Of a stretch of DNA of 64,000 nt, positions 54,860-64,000 are shown one piece after another. The stretch covers positions 1 to 64,000 of the IMG/VR virus record IMGVR_UViG_3300010351_000784. One strand, 5' to 3'. The notes under the pieces are model-generated. The model worked only from the letters and a program-made list of their open reading frames with translations. It was not told the DNA's origin and made no database searches. The number at the start of each line of letters is the position of its first letter. The stretch's first letter is position 1. The DNA is from a virus. Taxonomy: Duplodnaviria > Caudoviricetes. The position numbers and the translations under genes were made by a program.

Positions 54860-55981
54860 ATGAAAGATATTATTATTGATGGTTTTAATTTTACAACTAT
54901 GGCAGCCCAAAAATATTACAGTTTTACATCTTCATTTAAAGGCGACAAAAAGACTAAAGCAAAAGAGTTAATTTTTTCAGATAGATATTTGGGCGCAAGA
55001 AAGATGGATGGAGCCTGGGCAATGATTATCAAGGACATGGACGGTAACTTCCATATGCGTAGCCGCACTGAGTCTGTTAATGGTGGCTATCAGGATAAGG
55101 CAGAATGGATTCCTCACATTTGTAAACAGCTTGCTGCAATTCCAAACGGTACTGCACTTGTTGGTGAGATTTACTTCCCTGACAATGAAGGTAGTCGTAA
55201 GATTACATCAGTACTGAACTGTCTCAAGGATAAGTGCCTTGAAAGACAGAAAAAGAATGGATATCTTCATTTTTACATTTTTGATATAATTGCTTGGAAT
55301 GGTAAGTCAATGATTGATATGGAATTTAAGGATAGAATTAAATATCTTAATCTTGAACTTTTTAAAGACCTTGCAAATGTTGAAACAGCAAACTATGTAA
55401 TGGGTGAAGACCTTTGGAATCTTTACAGTGAGATTATTGCCGCAGGTGGAGAAGGTATTGTAATCACTCGTGAGGATTGTCATTATCTTTGTGGTAAGAG
55501 AACGGCATGGATGACACTCAAGATGAAGAAAGAGTTGGAAGATACAATCGACGCTTTCATTGACGGTGATTACAAGACAGCAACTCGTCTTTACACCGGT
55601 AAGGAAATTGAGACTTGGACTTTCTGGGAAAATACAAAGACAGGTGAAAAGTTTAATACTTGCAAGTTCGATGATTTTTCAAATGGTGTTCCTGTTGAGC
55701 CAGTTACTAAGCCTTACTTCTATGGTTGGGCAAGTGCAATATCATTCTCTGTAATGAACGGAGATAAGCCTGTTCATATTACTTGGATATCAGGTATAAC
55801 TGATGAACTTAAGAAGGAAATCGTTACAAATCCTGACAAGTGGATTGGTAAGGTTGCAGAGCTTACTGCAATGGAAATTGAGCATATCGACAATGATTAC
55901 ACATTGCGTCATGGTAAAATTGAGAAATGGCGTAATGATAAGAATTCCACAGATTGCGAGTTCAGTCAGCTTACTAAGTAA
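54860..55981 (+). CDS. ATP-dependent DNA ligase
   Basis: KMDG, VGEIY, YIFDI, EGIVI, LKMKK, LRHG..WRNDK. Confidence 0.9.
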   Translation: MKDIIIDGFNFTTMAAQKYYSFTSSFKGDKKTKAKELIFSDRYLGARKMDGAWAMIIKDMDGNFHMRSRTESVNGGYQDKAEWIPHICKQLAAIPNGTALVGEIYFPDNEGSRKITSVLNCLKDKCLERQKKNGYLHFYIFDIIAWNGKSMIDMEFKDRIKYLNLELFKDLANVETANYVMGEDLWNLYSEIIAAGGEGIVITREDCHYLCGKRTAWMTLKMKKELEDTIDAFIDGDYKTATRLYTGKEIETWTFWENTKTGEKFNTCKFDDFSNGVPVEPVTKPYFYGWASAISFSVMNGDKPVHITWISGITDELKKEIVTNPDKWIGKVAELTAMEIEHIDNDYTLRHGKIEKWRNDKNSTDCEFSQLTK

Positions 55982-56070
55982 AAAATTGGACTATAAACAA
56001 TGTAAAACTACATTATATTAGTAGAGGTAGGTTCTATCCTACCTCATTTTTTTACAGTGAGGTGAAAGAA

Positions 56071-57111
56071 ATGCACGACGGTTATGTTTATGGAACATGG
56101 GTTCCTTACCCATATGACTTTGAAGCTCCATGTCAGACACCAAGTTCCGCCGCAAGATCTGCTCCAAAAGATTATTCTTATGAAGTAGACGAGCCTTGTG
56201 AAAGACCTGCGTCTGTTCCAGAGTTCAAACCGGACCTTGTAATTAAGCCTGAGTTTGGTCCGACTCCGAATCCGCCAGGAACTCAAGAGCCTGTTGAGAT
56301 GAAAATTCCTCGTATGCCATATCCGAAGAGACCAATTCTTGCGCCAATCCCTCCTCAGTTACCACCAAAGCATACACAGGTACAGCCTCGCTGTTTTACT
56401 TGTCGTCACTTTGAAATGTGTGGTTTTAAGAAGGACTATCTTAAGACCATAACTTTGGTATAGAACAGTCTCGGCGCACCACAAGCAAGTTATGAAATTA
56501 CAGATAAGTACATTATAATCCCAGACTTTGTTGGTTTCCCTCTTGCAAATGAGGATAAATACTTCCCTAAAGAGGTCGACTTTGACAACATAGACCATAA
56601 AGGTCATTTATTCCTTGCAAAATTCAACGGTATCAACTATGTAAATGTTGTATATCTTGAAGGTCATCACTATATTCTTATTCAATTAGAATATAGTAAG
56701 GATACTGAGCTTTATGAACTTAAGTCTTGTGAAGAAGCTTTCTATGGAGTTAAATATGAATTATCTGCAAAGTCTCTTGAAGAAATTCAGCTCGGACTTA
56801 TTGAATGGAGAGAGGTTATTGTAAATGCTCAAAAACCACCTCCGCCGCCAAGAAAAGATATTATCAATACAACACACTTTTCTGCAAATTTGAATTGTGA
56901 TATGTATGATTGGAACAAGGAAACTACTGAGCAGGCAATCGCAAGATTGGTAAAACAGTTCCCATATGGTATTCCAATTGATGAAGACGGTCACAGATTC
57001 TATCATGTAGCTACTTTCCATATTGCAAATGGAGAAGTTCCTTATTCTCCATACTTCCCACCTAAGCCGCCGAAACCTAAGAGACCACTTAAAAGATTTG
57101 GAGATATGTAA
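56071..57111 (+). CDS. Proline-rich Cys-containing protein (346 aa, TAG=Gln)
   Basis: Joins 56062-56463 and 56890-57111. Confidence 0.7.
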
Positions 57112-57506
57112 TGTCAAAAGGAGAAGAAAAAGTTGAAAAACTCCTACGCTCACATAATCTTTATTTCCAAAAAGAAGTTTCCTTTCCTGACTTAAAAAGT
57201 TTAAAAGGAAATTTATTAAGATTTGATTTTATCGTTTATGATAAAAATAATAAAATTATTTGCGCCATAGAGATAGATGGAGAACAACACTTTCATAGAG
57301 TTCCCCATTTTCAGAAAACTGTTTCTGAATTTAAACAGACTCAAGAGTGGGACAGACGTAAAAACGCTTACTGCTTAAGGAAGAAGATACCTCTGATAAG
57401 AGTACCTTATTGGGATTACAATAATCTCACTTTTGAGTCTTTATTTACTAACCCGGCGTATAAAGTTTCTTCGAAATACCATAATGATTTATTAAATCGG
57501 AGGTGA
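57111..57506 (+). CDS. DUF2726-like PD-(D/E)xK endonuclease
   Basis: SKGE, LRFDF, IEIDGEQH, KNAYC..IPLIRVPYW. Confidence 0.8.
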   Translation: MSKGEEKVEKLLRSHNLYFQKEVSFPDLKSLKGNLLRFDFIVYDKNNKIICAIEIDGEQHFHRVPHFQKTVSEFKQTQEWDRRKNAYCLRKKIPLIRVPYWDYNNLTFESLFTNPAYKVSSKYHNDLLNRR

Positions 57507-57510
57507 GAAT

Positions 57511-57984
57511 GTGAACGAAGTAATAATCGCTGCTATTGCCGCGGGACTTGGTTCTGTAATAACAATCGTTGGCAAAGTAATTGTTGACATTATTAAGGCA
57601 AAGAAGGAACCAGACCAAGCTGATTTAGAATTGAAAGACAGTCTTCAAAGAGAAAAGGAAAAGAATGATGCGGCTATCCAAGCATTCACTGATTTTGGAA
57701 AAGAGATTAAAAGAGCTGTAGATGAGCTCAAAAGTGAGGTAACTCAGAAAATTGAGGAAATGGATGAGAGAATTGAATCATATCGCAAGGAAACACGCGA
57801 AATCAATAGGTCTGAGATTAGACACTCTATTACTCAGATTTATTTTGAACATTGTAATGATAAGGCCTTAGATATGAGAACCAAGGAAGACCTTTGCTCA
57901 TTGTATAATGTGTACAGTAATATTGGAGGAAATTCCTTTGCACATGAGCTATATGAAGAAATGATGACTTGGCAAGTTAAATAA
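57511..57984 (+). CDS. TM + coiled-coil protein (holin-like)
   Basis: N-terminal TM; LY..Y..IGGNS motif. Confidence 0.6.
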   Translation: MNEVIIAAIAAGLGSVITIVGKVIVDIIKAKKEPDQADLELKDSLQREKEKNDAAIQAFTDFGKEIKRAVDELKSEVTQKIEEMDERIESYRKETREINRSEIRHSITQIYFEHCNDKALDMRTKEDLCSLYNVYSNIGGNSFAHELYEEMMTWQVK

Positions 57985-57991
57985 TGTAATT

Positions 57992-58018
57992 TTGAGGGCA
58001 GGCAACTGCCCTCATTTT
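57992..58018 (+). terminator. Intrinsic terminator
   Basis: TGAGGGCAG/CTGCCCTCA + TTTT. Confidence 0.7.
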
Positions 58019-58175
58019 GTTGACTTTTTATAAAAATTAAGATATAATAAAAATAGATTAAATGAAAAGGGAAATGAATATCGAAACCTTACGGTAAAGA
58101 TAGTGGTATGATTACTAATGGCGTTCCTTGTTTTAAGAAAGATGATATTTGCGAGCATTATGAGGAGGATGTAGG

Positions 58176-58748
58176 ATGATTGAAAAGTTTATTATTTATA
58201 CTGACGGGGCTGCAACAATGAGAAAAGTTGATGGACAGTACGTTCGTGAAGCAGGTGGCTGGGCATATGCAGTTCTCGACGAAAATGAAAAAATATTATT
58301 TGACAACTATGGTCACGCAGATAATACAACAAATCATGAAATGGAACTCAATGCAATCTTCCAAGGTCTTATAAGATTTAATGGTCTTGGCTATACTGGT
58401 AAGACCGTTGAAATTCGTTCTGACTCTGCTTACTGTGTAAACATTTTCAATGACTGGATTAAGGGCTGGAAAGCTAACGACTGGACTCGTGGCAAAAAGC
58501 ATGAGCCTATTGAGAATGTTACACTTATTAAGAATATTGACTGGGCACTTAGCGAAGCAACTCGCTACTTCAATAAAGTTACATTCGTTAAAGTAAAGGG
58601 ACACGCAAATGACGAGTGGAATAACTATGTTGATAAGCTTGCAGTTGATGGAAAAGAAAGAAGATGGAGAAAGCAGGAAGATGACGCAATGCTTCTCTTT
58701 GGTGTTGTCCCTCCAAATCCAATCCCGAAAGTTTGCGCTGAGAAATAA
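58176..58748 (+). CDS. rnhA: Ribonuclease HI
   Basis: YTDGA, TNHEMEL, SDSAY, VKGHA..N..VD.LA. Confidence 0.92.
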   Translation: MIEKFIIYTDGAATMRKVDGQYVREAGGWAYAVLDENEKILFDNYGHADNTTNHEMELNAIFQGLIRFNGLGYTGKTVEIRSDSAYCVNIFNDWIKGWKANDWTRGKKHEPIENVTLIKNIDWALSEATRYFNKVTFVKVKGHANDEWNNYVDKLAVDGKERRWRKQEDDAMLLFGVVPPNPIPKVCAEK

Positions 58749-58894
58749 TTAAAAGGAAATCAGGTGGTTCGACTCGAATGACACCAAATCATTAGAGTTT
58801 GACTATCTGATTTTTACTTTATAATTACCATGTCTTGACTTTTAAAGTTGGATGTGGTATAATTATAATAGAATAAATAAAAAGGAGTGAGGAT

Positions 58895-59137
58895 ATGGCT
58901 AATATAAGACTTTATTCTACTGGCTGTCCAAAGTGTAATGTACTTAAAAAGAAGCTTGATGCTTTAAATGCCAAGTATGATGTCATTACAGACGCGGATG
59001 AAATTAAAGGAATTTGTGAAGCAACTCATAATGATTCATTGCCTATCTTACAGGTTGATGAAGCATGGGGAACAGTAACCTATGATTTTGCAAGAGCAAT
59101 TGACTGGATGAAAAAGGTAGGTGAGAGCAATGCTTAA
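58895..59137 (+). CDS. NrdH/glutaredoxin-like protein
   Basis: YSTGCPKC, upstream of nrdD. Confidence 0.8.
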   Translation: MANIRLYSTGCPKCNVLKKKLDALNAKYDVITDADEIKGICEATHNDSLPILQVDEAWGTVTYDFARAIDWMKKVGESNA

Positions 59138-62100
59138 TATTGGAAGAAAGAATAAAAATTTCACAACTCAGTGGAATAAACTGTAGAACGAATTTGGTAC
59201 AGAGCTTGCCTATTTAAACGGCTTTGGTGATGACCAGCTTTCTCTCGGAGAATTTATTGACAATTTCGTTGACGAGCCAGTTGTAGCTGATAGCTCAATT
59301 GACTCAAACAGTAATGTAAGAAGAAAAGATATTGTAACCCTTCTTTCAGAAATGCCAAAGCCACACAGAAAGGTTATGGCTTTTCAGAAGATTTATTATG
59401 AAATGCAGAAGGAGTATGGTTTCAAGGCTGCTAATGAATGGCTTCGCCGCGAGTGGATGGGTGAAATGTAAACAACTTGCCCTTAGATTACTTTTCCCTT
59501 TATCAAGGGGGTTCATATTTAATATGAGCTAACGAGGAAGGCTTTTGCTAATCTCGTGGGAATTTATTTACGAAAAATCTTTTTTGTTTTGTCAAGGAGG
59601 TTTACTTATGAAAAAAGATATTTATGTAATTACCAATATAATTACTGGGATGCAATATGTGGGACAGAGTTCTAATGCTCAAAAAAGATTTCTTGCTCAT
59701 AAACAAGCTAAAGATGGGACAGTTTTTCATCAAGTTATTAGGAATTATGGTCCAGAAAATTTCTTTATAGAAGTATTAGAAGAACAAATCGAAAATTTTA
59801 ATGAAAGAGAAAAGTATTGGATTAAAAAATTGAATACCCTATACCCTACTGGATATAATATGACCAAAGGCGGAGAGGGGTATCCTCACTTAAATGGAGA
59901 GCTTTCTTATCAGAGTAAATTAACTAATGTTCAAGTGAACCAAATTATAGATTTACTCTTAAATTCTTCATTATCTCAAGAGCAAATAGGTGAAAAGTTT
60001 AATGTTACACAAGAAATTATTAGTAACATAAACAGAGGGAAAACATATTTTAGAACAAATTGTTCTTATCCTATTCGCTCCACAAAAGAAAAAGAACAAG
60101 AAGCATCTCAAATCATTTCTGAAATTTTAAATAATAAAAATTTAACTTTAAAACAAATCGCAAAAAATCATCCAAATTTTTCTTATTTTATGATAAAAGC
60201 AATTAACGAAGGAAAGAGTTACAGAAAAAAAGATTTAAAATATCCTCTTGCTATTGAAACTGGCAATAAATTAAAAGAAAATGATATTATTGCGATAAAA
60301 AGTTTCTTGGAGCATGATGATTTAACTATTATTGATATTGCAAATTTTTTTCACGTAAACAAGCAAGCCATAGAAAAAATTAACCAAGGAGAAGCTCATT
60401 TTCATCCCTCTTGGGATTATCCTCTTAGGAAGCATGCTGTTTACAAGAAAAATATTTCTATTGAGGATTTAAATCAAATTAAATTTTTGTTAAAAAATTC
60501 AGACCTCTCTTTTCGAGAAATTGCTCGGCGGATGAATATTAAGTCCCATAGCACTATTAGTAATATCAATAGTGGAAAAACTAAAGCATATTTTGAACCC
60601 AATGAAAATTATCCAATTCGTAAATAAAAGCCTGTAACGACTACCTCGTGAAGAGGACTACAAATGCTATTGATACGCATTTGGAAAGAGTAATTATTTG
60701 TCTTCAAAAGGCAAATCTAAAAAATAGTCTAATAATTGGAGTTGTATTTACATGACTCAGATACTGCAACCTTCAAGTCTTATTGTTTTGCTTACGATTT
60801 AAAGGATTTGGCTGAAAAGGGATTGTTTTTCCTTGGTGACACCTTTAATGCTAAGCCGCCAAAGCACTTGACAACTTTTGTTGACTTCGTAAAAGAGTAT
60901 ATCAACTTTGCAAGTAACAGAACTTCGGGTGAATTTGCTGCGCCCATATGTTTCTTTTCTGCTTACCAGCAGGGTCGCATTTGCGGCTAACGGGGGAGGC
61001 TAAGTGAATGAATAATTCATATGTTAGTCCCGTGGGAATCATTAGAAAAGATATCTACATTATTAAAAACAACATTAACACTAAAGTTTATATAGGACAA
61101 GCTTTAGATAGTAAAAAGAGATTTCAATCTCATTGTAAAGGCGATTATGATAATTCTTTAATTGATAAAACAATTCAAAAATACGGAAAAGAACATTTTT
61201 GGTTTGAAATTTTAGAGTCTCAAATTGAAAATTACAATGAAAGAGAAAAATATTGGATTAAATATTATAATTCAAAAAAGCCATTCGGATATAATATCCT
61301 TGATGGCGGAAATGAGCCTCCTATTTTTTATGGAGATGAACATTCTAATACTAAAATTTCAGATGAGGATGTGCTTAAACTAAAAATAGACTTGGCAACA
61401 ACTCAAATTTCTTTATCTCAGTTGGCAAAGAAATATAATATTTCTAAAAGACAAGTATTGAGAATAAATCAAGGCATTAGTCGAGCTTTATTAAATGAAA
61501 AGTATCCAATTAGGAAAAATTCTAATATAAATGGAAAAATAACAGAAGAAGATGTAGATAATATTATTGATATTCTCAAATACACTTATCGTTTTAATGG
61601 AGATATTGCAAGAGAATATGGAGTTGAAGTTCATGCTATTTCTAAAATAAACGCTGGAATTACACATCATAGGGATAATATTCAATATCCAATTAGAAAT
61701 TGGAAGAGCAGCGGTGTAATATTATTTACTTATGAACAAGTTTCTGATATTATTGACGCTTTATTAAACACAAAAGAAAGCATACAATCTTTAGCAAAAA
61801 AATATAATGTAGATAGAAGAGCCATTGAAGGAATTAACCGTGGCACTTCAAAAAAATATTTTCGTGAAGGACTGTCCTACCCATTACGAAAATTCTAATG
61901 AAGCCTGTATCGACTATCCACGCTAAGTGGAGTACTCTTGCTATTGGTACGTGAGGGGACAGAGAAACACTGCGACAAAGGTCGTAGGAAAATCCAGTCA
62001 GTCCCGATAGAAATATCGGAGTTCCGACGGCAGTCGGATTACCAAACCTTATTCCTTATATGTATTACTTCTGGAAAGAAGACCAGAAGAAGGCTTACTT

Positions 62101-63703
62101 TGGCATTACAGAATGGGACGAGTATGCTTATCAGAACATTCAGAGATTTATTTATGCCGTTAATCAGCCTTGCGTAAGGGATAGAATCTAATTAGAACTG
62201 TCCATTTATTACTTTTCCAGTAATCACTGGGGTCACTTAAATAGTGGCTAACGAGGGAGCCTGGAGCCCTGTCGGGAGACATAGGTATGGTAATCTCGTG
62301 GGAATCATTTAATTGCTCTAATAAAATAAAAATAAAGGAGGTGAATAGATGGAAAAATATATTTATATAATCAAAAATAATATTAACAATAAGGTTTATA
62401 TCGGTCAATCCAATAATCCTAAACATAGATTTAATCAACATTGCCGCCCTAATAATGATAATAGTTTAATAGATTTAGCTATACAAAAATACGGTAAAGA
62501 ACATTTTACTATGTCAATATTAGAAGGTCCAATAAAAAACTATAATGAACGAGAAAAATATTATATACTCAAATATAAATCTTTAAGACCAAATGGATAT
62601 AATATTCTTGAAGGAGGAAATGAACCGCCTCTTTTTAAAGGCATTGAACATCCTGAAGCAAAATTTAAAACTAATATAGAATTAGAAAAAATTGTTTCAG
62701 ATTTAAAATTCACAAAAAATAGTATAAGAGATATTGCAAAAAAATTTAATATATCTTCCTCTTGTGTAAATGATGTTAATTTAGGAAATACTTATTATAA
62801 TTTAAATGTTGAATATCCGCTTAGAAAAAATCCTAATCCAACTGGTAAACTTACTCAAGAAGATATTGAAGAAATTATATATTCTCTAAAATTTAGTTAT
62901 TCTTCTTATGAAGATATTGGAAAAAGATATGGAGTAGAGGGAAGGACTATTTCAAGAATAAACAGTGGAATTTATCATAAACAAAATAATATTTCTTATC
63001 CAATTAGACAATATCGAGCAACAAAAAATGCTGGTCAATTAACTTATCATCAAGTCTCAGAAATTATTGAACTAATTTCTACAACAAAAATAAGTTTAAG
63101 ACAAATTGCGCTACAATATAATGTGGCTCCAAATATAATAATTGGTATTAAAAATGGTTCAACAAAAATGTATAGGAGAGATAATCTTATCTATCCACTT
63201 AGAGCAAATAATTAAATGAAGCCTGTATCGACTATCCTCACGAAGAGGAGTACCTCCGCTATTGATACGCGGCGGGAAAGAGTAATATTACTTTTAACTA
63301 AGTAATAAAAAATAGTCAGCGCATAATGAAAATTATGATAACGTGGGTTAGCAGTCTGCTTTTACAAATACATCAGTATTTGACAGAGAATATTTGATGG
63401 CTTTGTTCGGTGGTTCAGAGTTTCCAAATGGCGAACTTATGGTTGACCACATTGATGGTATTATGGATTTCCAAAAGCTTTATATGAAAGCTATGAGTGA
63501 TATTCGTTCAGAGAATATGTTTACATTCCCTATTTCTACGATTTCACTTGTAAGAAAGGATGGAGAGTTCCTTGACCCTGAGTTTGCAGAGTGGGGAATT
63601 GGACATAATATGAGGTGGAGTGATTCAAACCTCTTCATTGATGATAATGTTTCAAGCCTTTCTAATTGTTGCCGCCTTAAGAGCGATATTCGCGACCTTG
63701 GGT
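59130..63703 (+). CDS. nrdD: Anaerobic ribonucleotide reductase, exons 59130-59462, 60739-60930, 62030-62182, 63346-63703 (continues past window)
   Basis: Spliced: MG|ELYLHD..YCF..PKHL..SG|AVGLPN..RD|GQQSAFTN..FTFP..LSNCCRL. Confidence 0.9.
59463..60738 (+). mobile_element. Group I intron 1
   Basis: 5' site after U, P1 GGGT/GCCC, P10 CAACTT/GAGTTG, ends in G. Confidence 0.85.
59608..60627 (+). CDS. Intron-encoded GIY-YIG endonuclease
   Basis: DIYVITN..YVGQS, EREKYWI, GYN; repeated IN.G..YP.R modules. Confidence 0.9.
   Translation: MKKDIYVITNIITGMQYVGQSSNAQKRFLAHKQAKDGTVFHQVIRNYGPENFFIEVLEEQIENFNEREKYWIKKLNTLYPTGYNMTKGGEGYPHLNGELSYQSKLTNVQVNQIIDLLLNSSLSQEQIGEKFNVTQEIISNINRGKTYFRTNCSYPIRSTKEKEQEASQIISEILNNKNLTLKQIAKNHPNFSYFMIKAINEGKSYRKKDLKYPLAIETGNKLKENDIIAIKSFLEHDDLTIIDIANFFHVNKQAIEKINQGEAHFHPSWDYPLRKHAVYKKNISIEDLNQIKFLLKNSDLSFREIARRMNIKSHSTISNINSGKTKAYFEPNENYPIRK
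60931..62029 (+). mobile_element. Group I intron 2
   Basis: GGGT|, P1 GCCC, P10 CTGC/GCAG, ends in G. Confidence 0.85.
61008..61898 (+). CDS. Intron-encoded GIY-YIG endonuclease
   Basis: DIYIIKN..YIGQA. Confidence 0.9.
   Translation: MNNSYVSPVGIIRKDIYIIKNNINTKVYIGQALDSKKRFQSHCKGDYDNSLIDKTIQKYGKEHFWFEILESQIENYNEREKYWIKYYNSKKPFGYNILDGGNEPPIFYGDEHSNTKISDEDVLKLKIDLATTQISLSQLAKKYNISKRQVLRINQGISRALLNEKYPIRKNSNINGKITEEDVDNIIDILKYTYRFNGDIAREYGVEVHAISKINAGITHHRDNIQYPIRNWKSSGVILFTYEQVSDIIDALLNTKESIQSLAKKYNVDRRAIEGINRGTSKKYFREGLSYPLRKF
62183..63345 (+). mobile_element. Group I intron 3
   Basis: GGAT| pairs with GTCC; ends in G before GGT TAG CAG. Confidence 0.85.
62349..63215 (+). CDS. Intron-encoded GIY-YIG endonuclease
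   Basis: YIYIIKN..YIGQS. Confidence 0.9.
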   Translation: MEKYIYIIKNNINNKVYIGQSNNPKHRFNQHCRPNNDNSLIDLAIQKYGKEHFTMSILEGPIKNYNEREKYYILKYKSLRPNGYNILEGGNEPPLFKGIEHPEAKFKTNIELEKIVSDLKFTKNSIRDIAKKFNISSSCVNDVNLGNTYYNLNVEYPLRKNPNPTGKLTQEDIEEIIYSLKFSYSSYEDIGKRYGVEGRTISRINSGIYHKQNNISYPIRQYRATKNAGQLTYHQVSEIIELISTTKISLRQIALQYNVAPNIIIGIKNGSTKMYRRDNLIYPLRANN

Positions 63704-64000
63704 ATGTAATAAATGCCCTATTATCCCTTTACCAGTAATCTCTGGGGTATACTTTAAAGTATGCTAACGGGGAAACCTGAAGCCCCTGTCGTGAGACATA
63801 GGTATGGCAATCCCGTGGGAAGTCTTTTCATCTATAATTTCTCTCAGCTTAGAGAGGTGATATAGTGAAGAAAAGCATTTATGTAATCAAAAATAAAATC
63901 AATAATAAAGTTTATGTGGGTCAAGCAATAGACCCACAACATAGATTTATAGCTCATTTATCAAGAGCCAAAATGAATGCTGATAACTCTCCTATTCATG
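63704..64000 (+). mobile_element. Group I intron 4 (partial) with GIY-YIG ORF starting at 63865
   Basis: GGGT|..GCCC P1; core similar to intron 3; MKKSIYVIKN..YVGQA. Confidence 0.8.

Noticed and set aside
58758-58812. tRNA suggested by GGTTCGA
   Set aside because: Forms one long hairpin, with no cloverleaf or CCA

Overview
A 64-kb segment of a large, AT-rich tailed phage, probably infecting a gut Firmicute (GGAGG RBSs, sigmaA-type TTGACT-N17-TGnTATAAT promoters, SleB-like and GH25 enzymes). It uses genetic code 15 (TAG = Gln): re-reading TAG as Gln joins most of the fragmented ORF track into full-length genes ending in TAA/TGA. Genes run on the minus strand to about 51.96 kb and on the plus strand after that. 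Layout: (1) 0-19 kb early/accessory region with an RNA-repair set (Rnl1 ligase, PNK-HD, cyclic-phosphate receiver, Pol-beta NTase, DUF2828/TROVE-vWA), tRNA-Leu, structured ncRNA candidates and many homing-endonuclease remnants; (2) 18.9-20.3 kb candidate initiator plus iteron origin; (3) ThyX and UvrD with inteins; (4) 30-39 kb three ~1000-aa paralogues; (5) lysis cassette, GT2 and GH113; (6) tail-fibre region with two tandem DGR target genes, flanked by the N- and C-terminal stumps of a DGR reverse transcriptase; (7) intein-containing kinase, DNA ligase, RNase H and nrdD split by four group I introns with GIY-YIG genes. Most notable: the dismantled DGR, endonuclease cassettes that insert into a gene 5' end and supply a replacement N-terminus, two micro-insertions that look like stop-hop/bypass sites in catalytic motifs, and repeated ACAGC stem RNAs upstream of the TROVE-like gene. 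Family calls are from motif recognition only; no searches were run.
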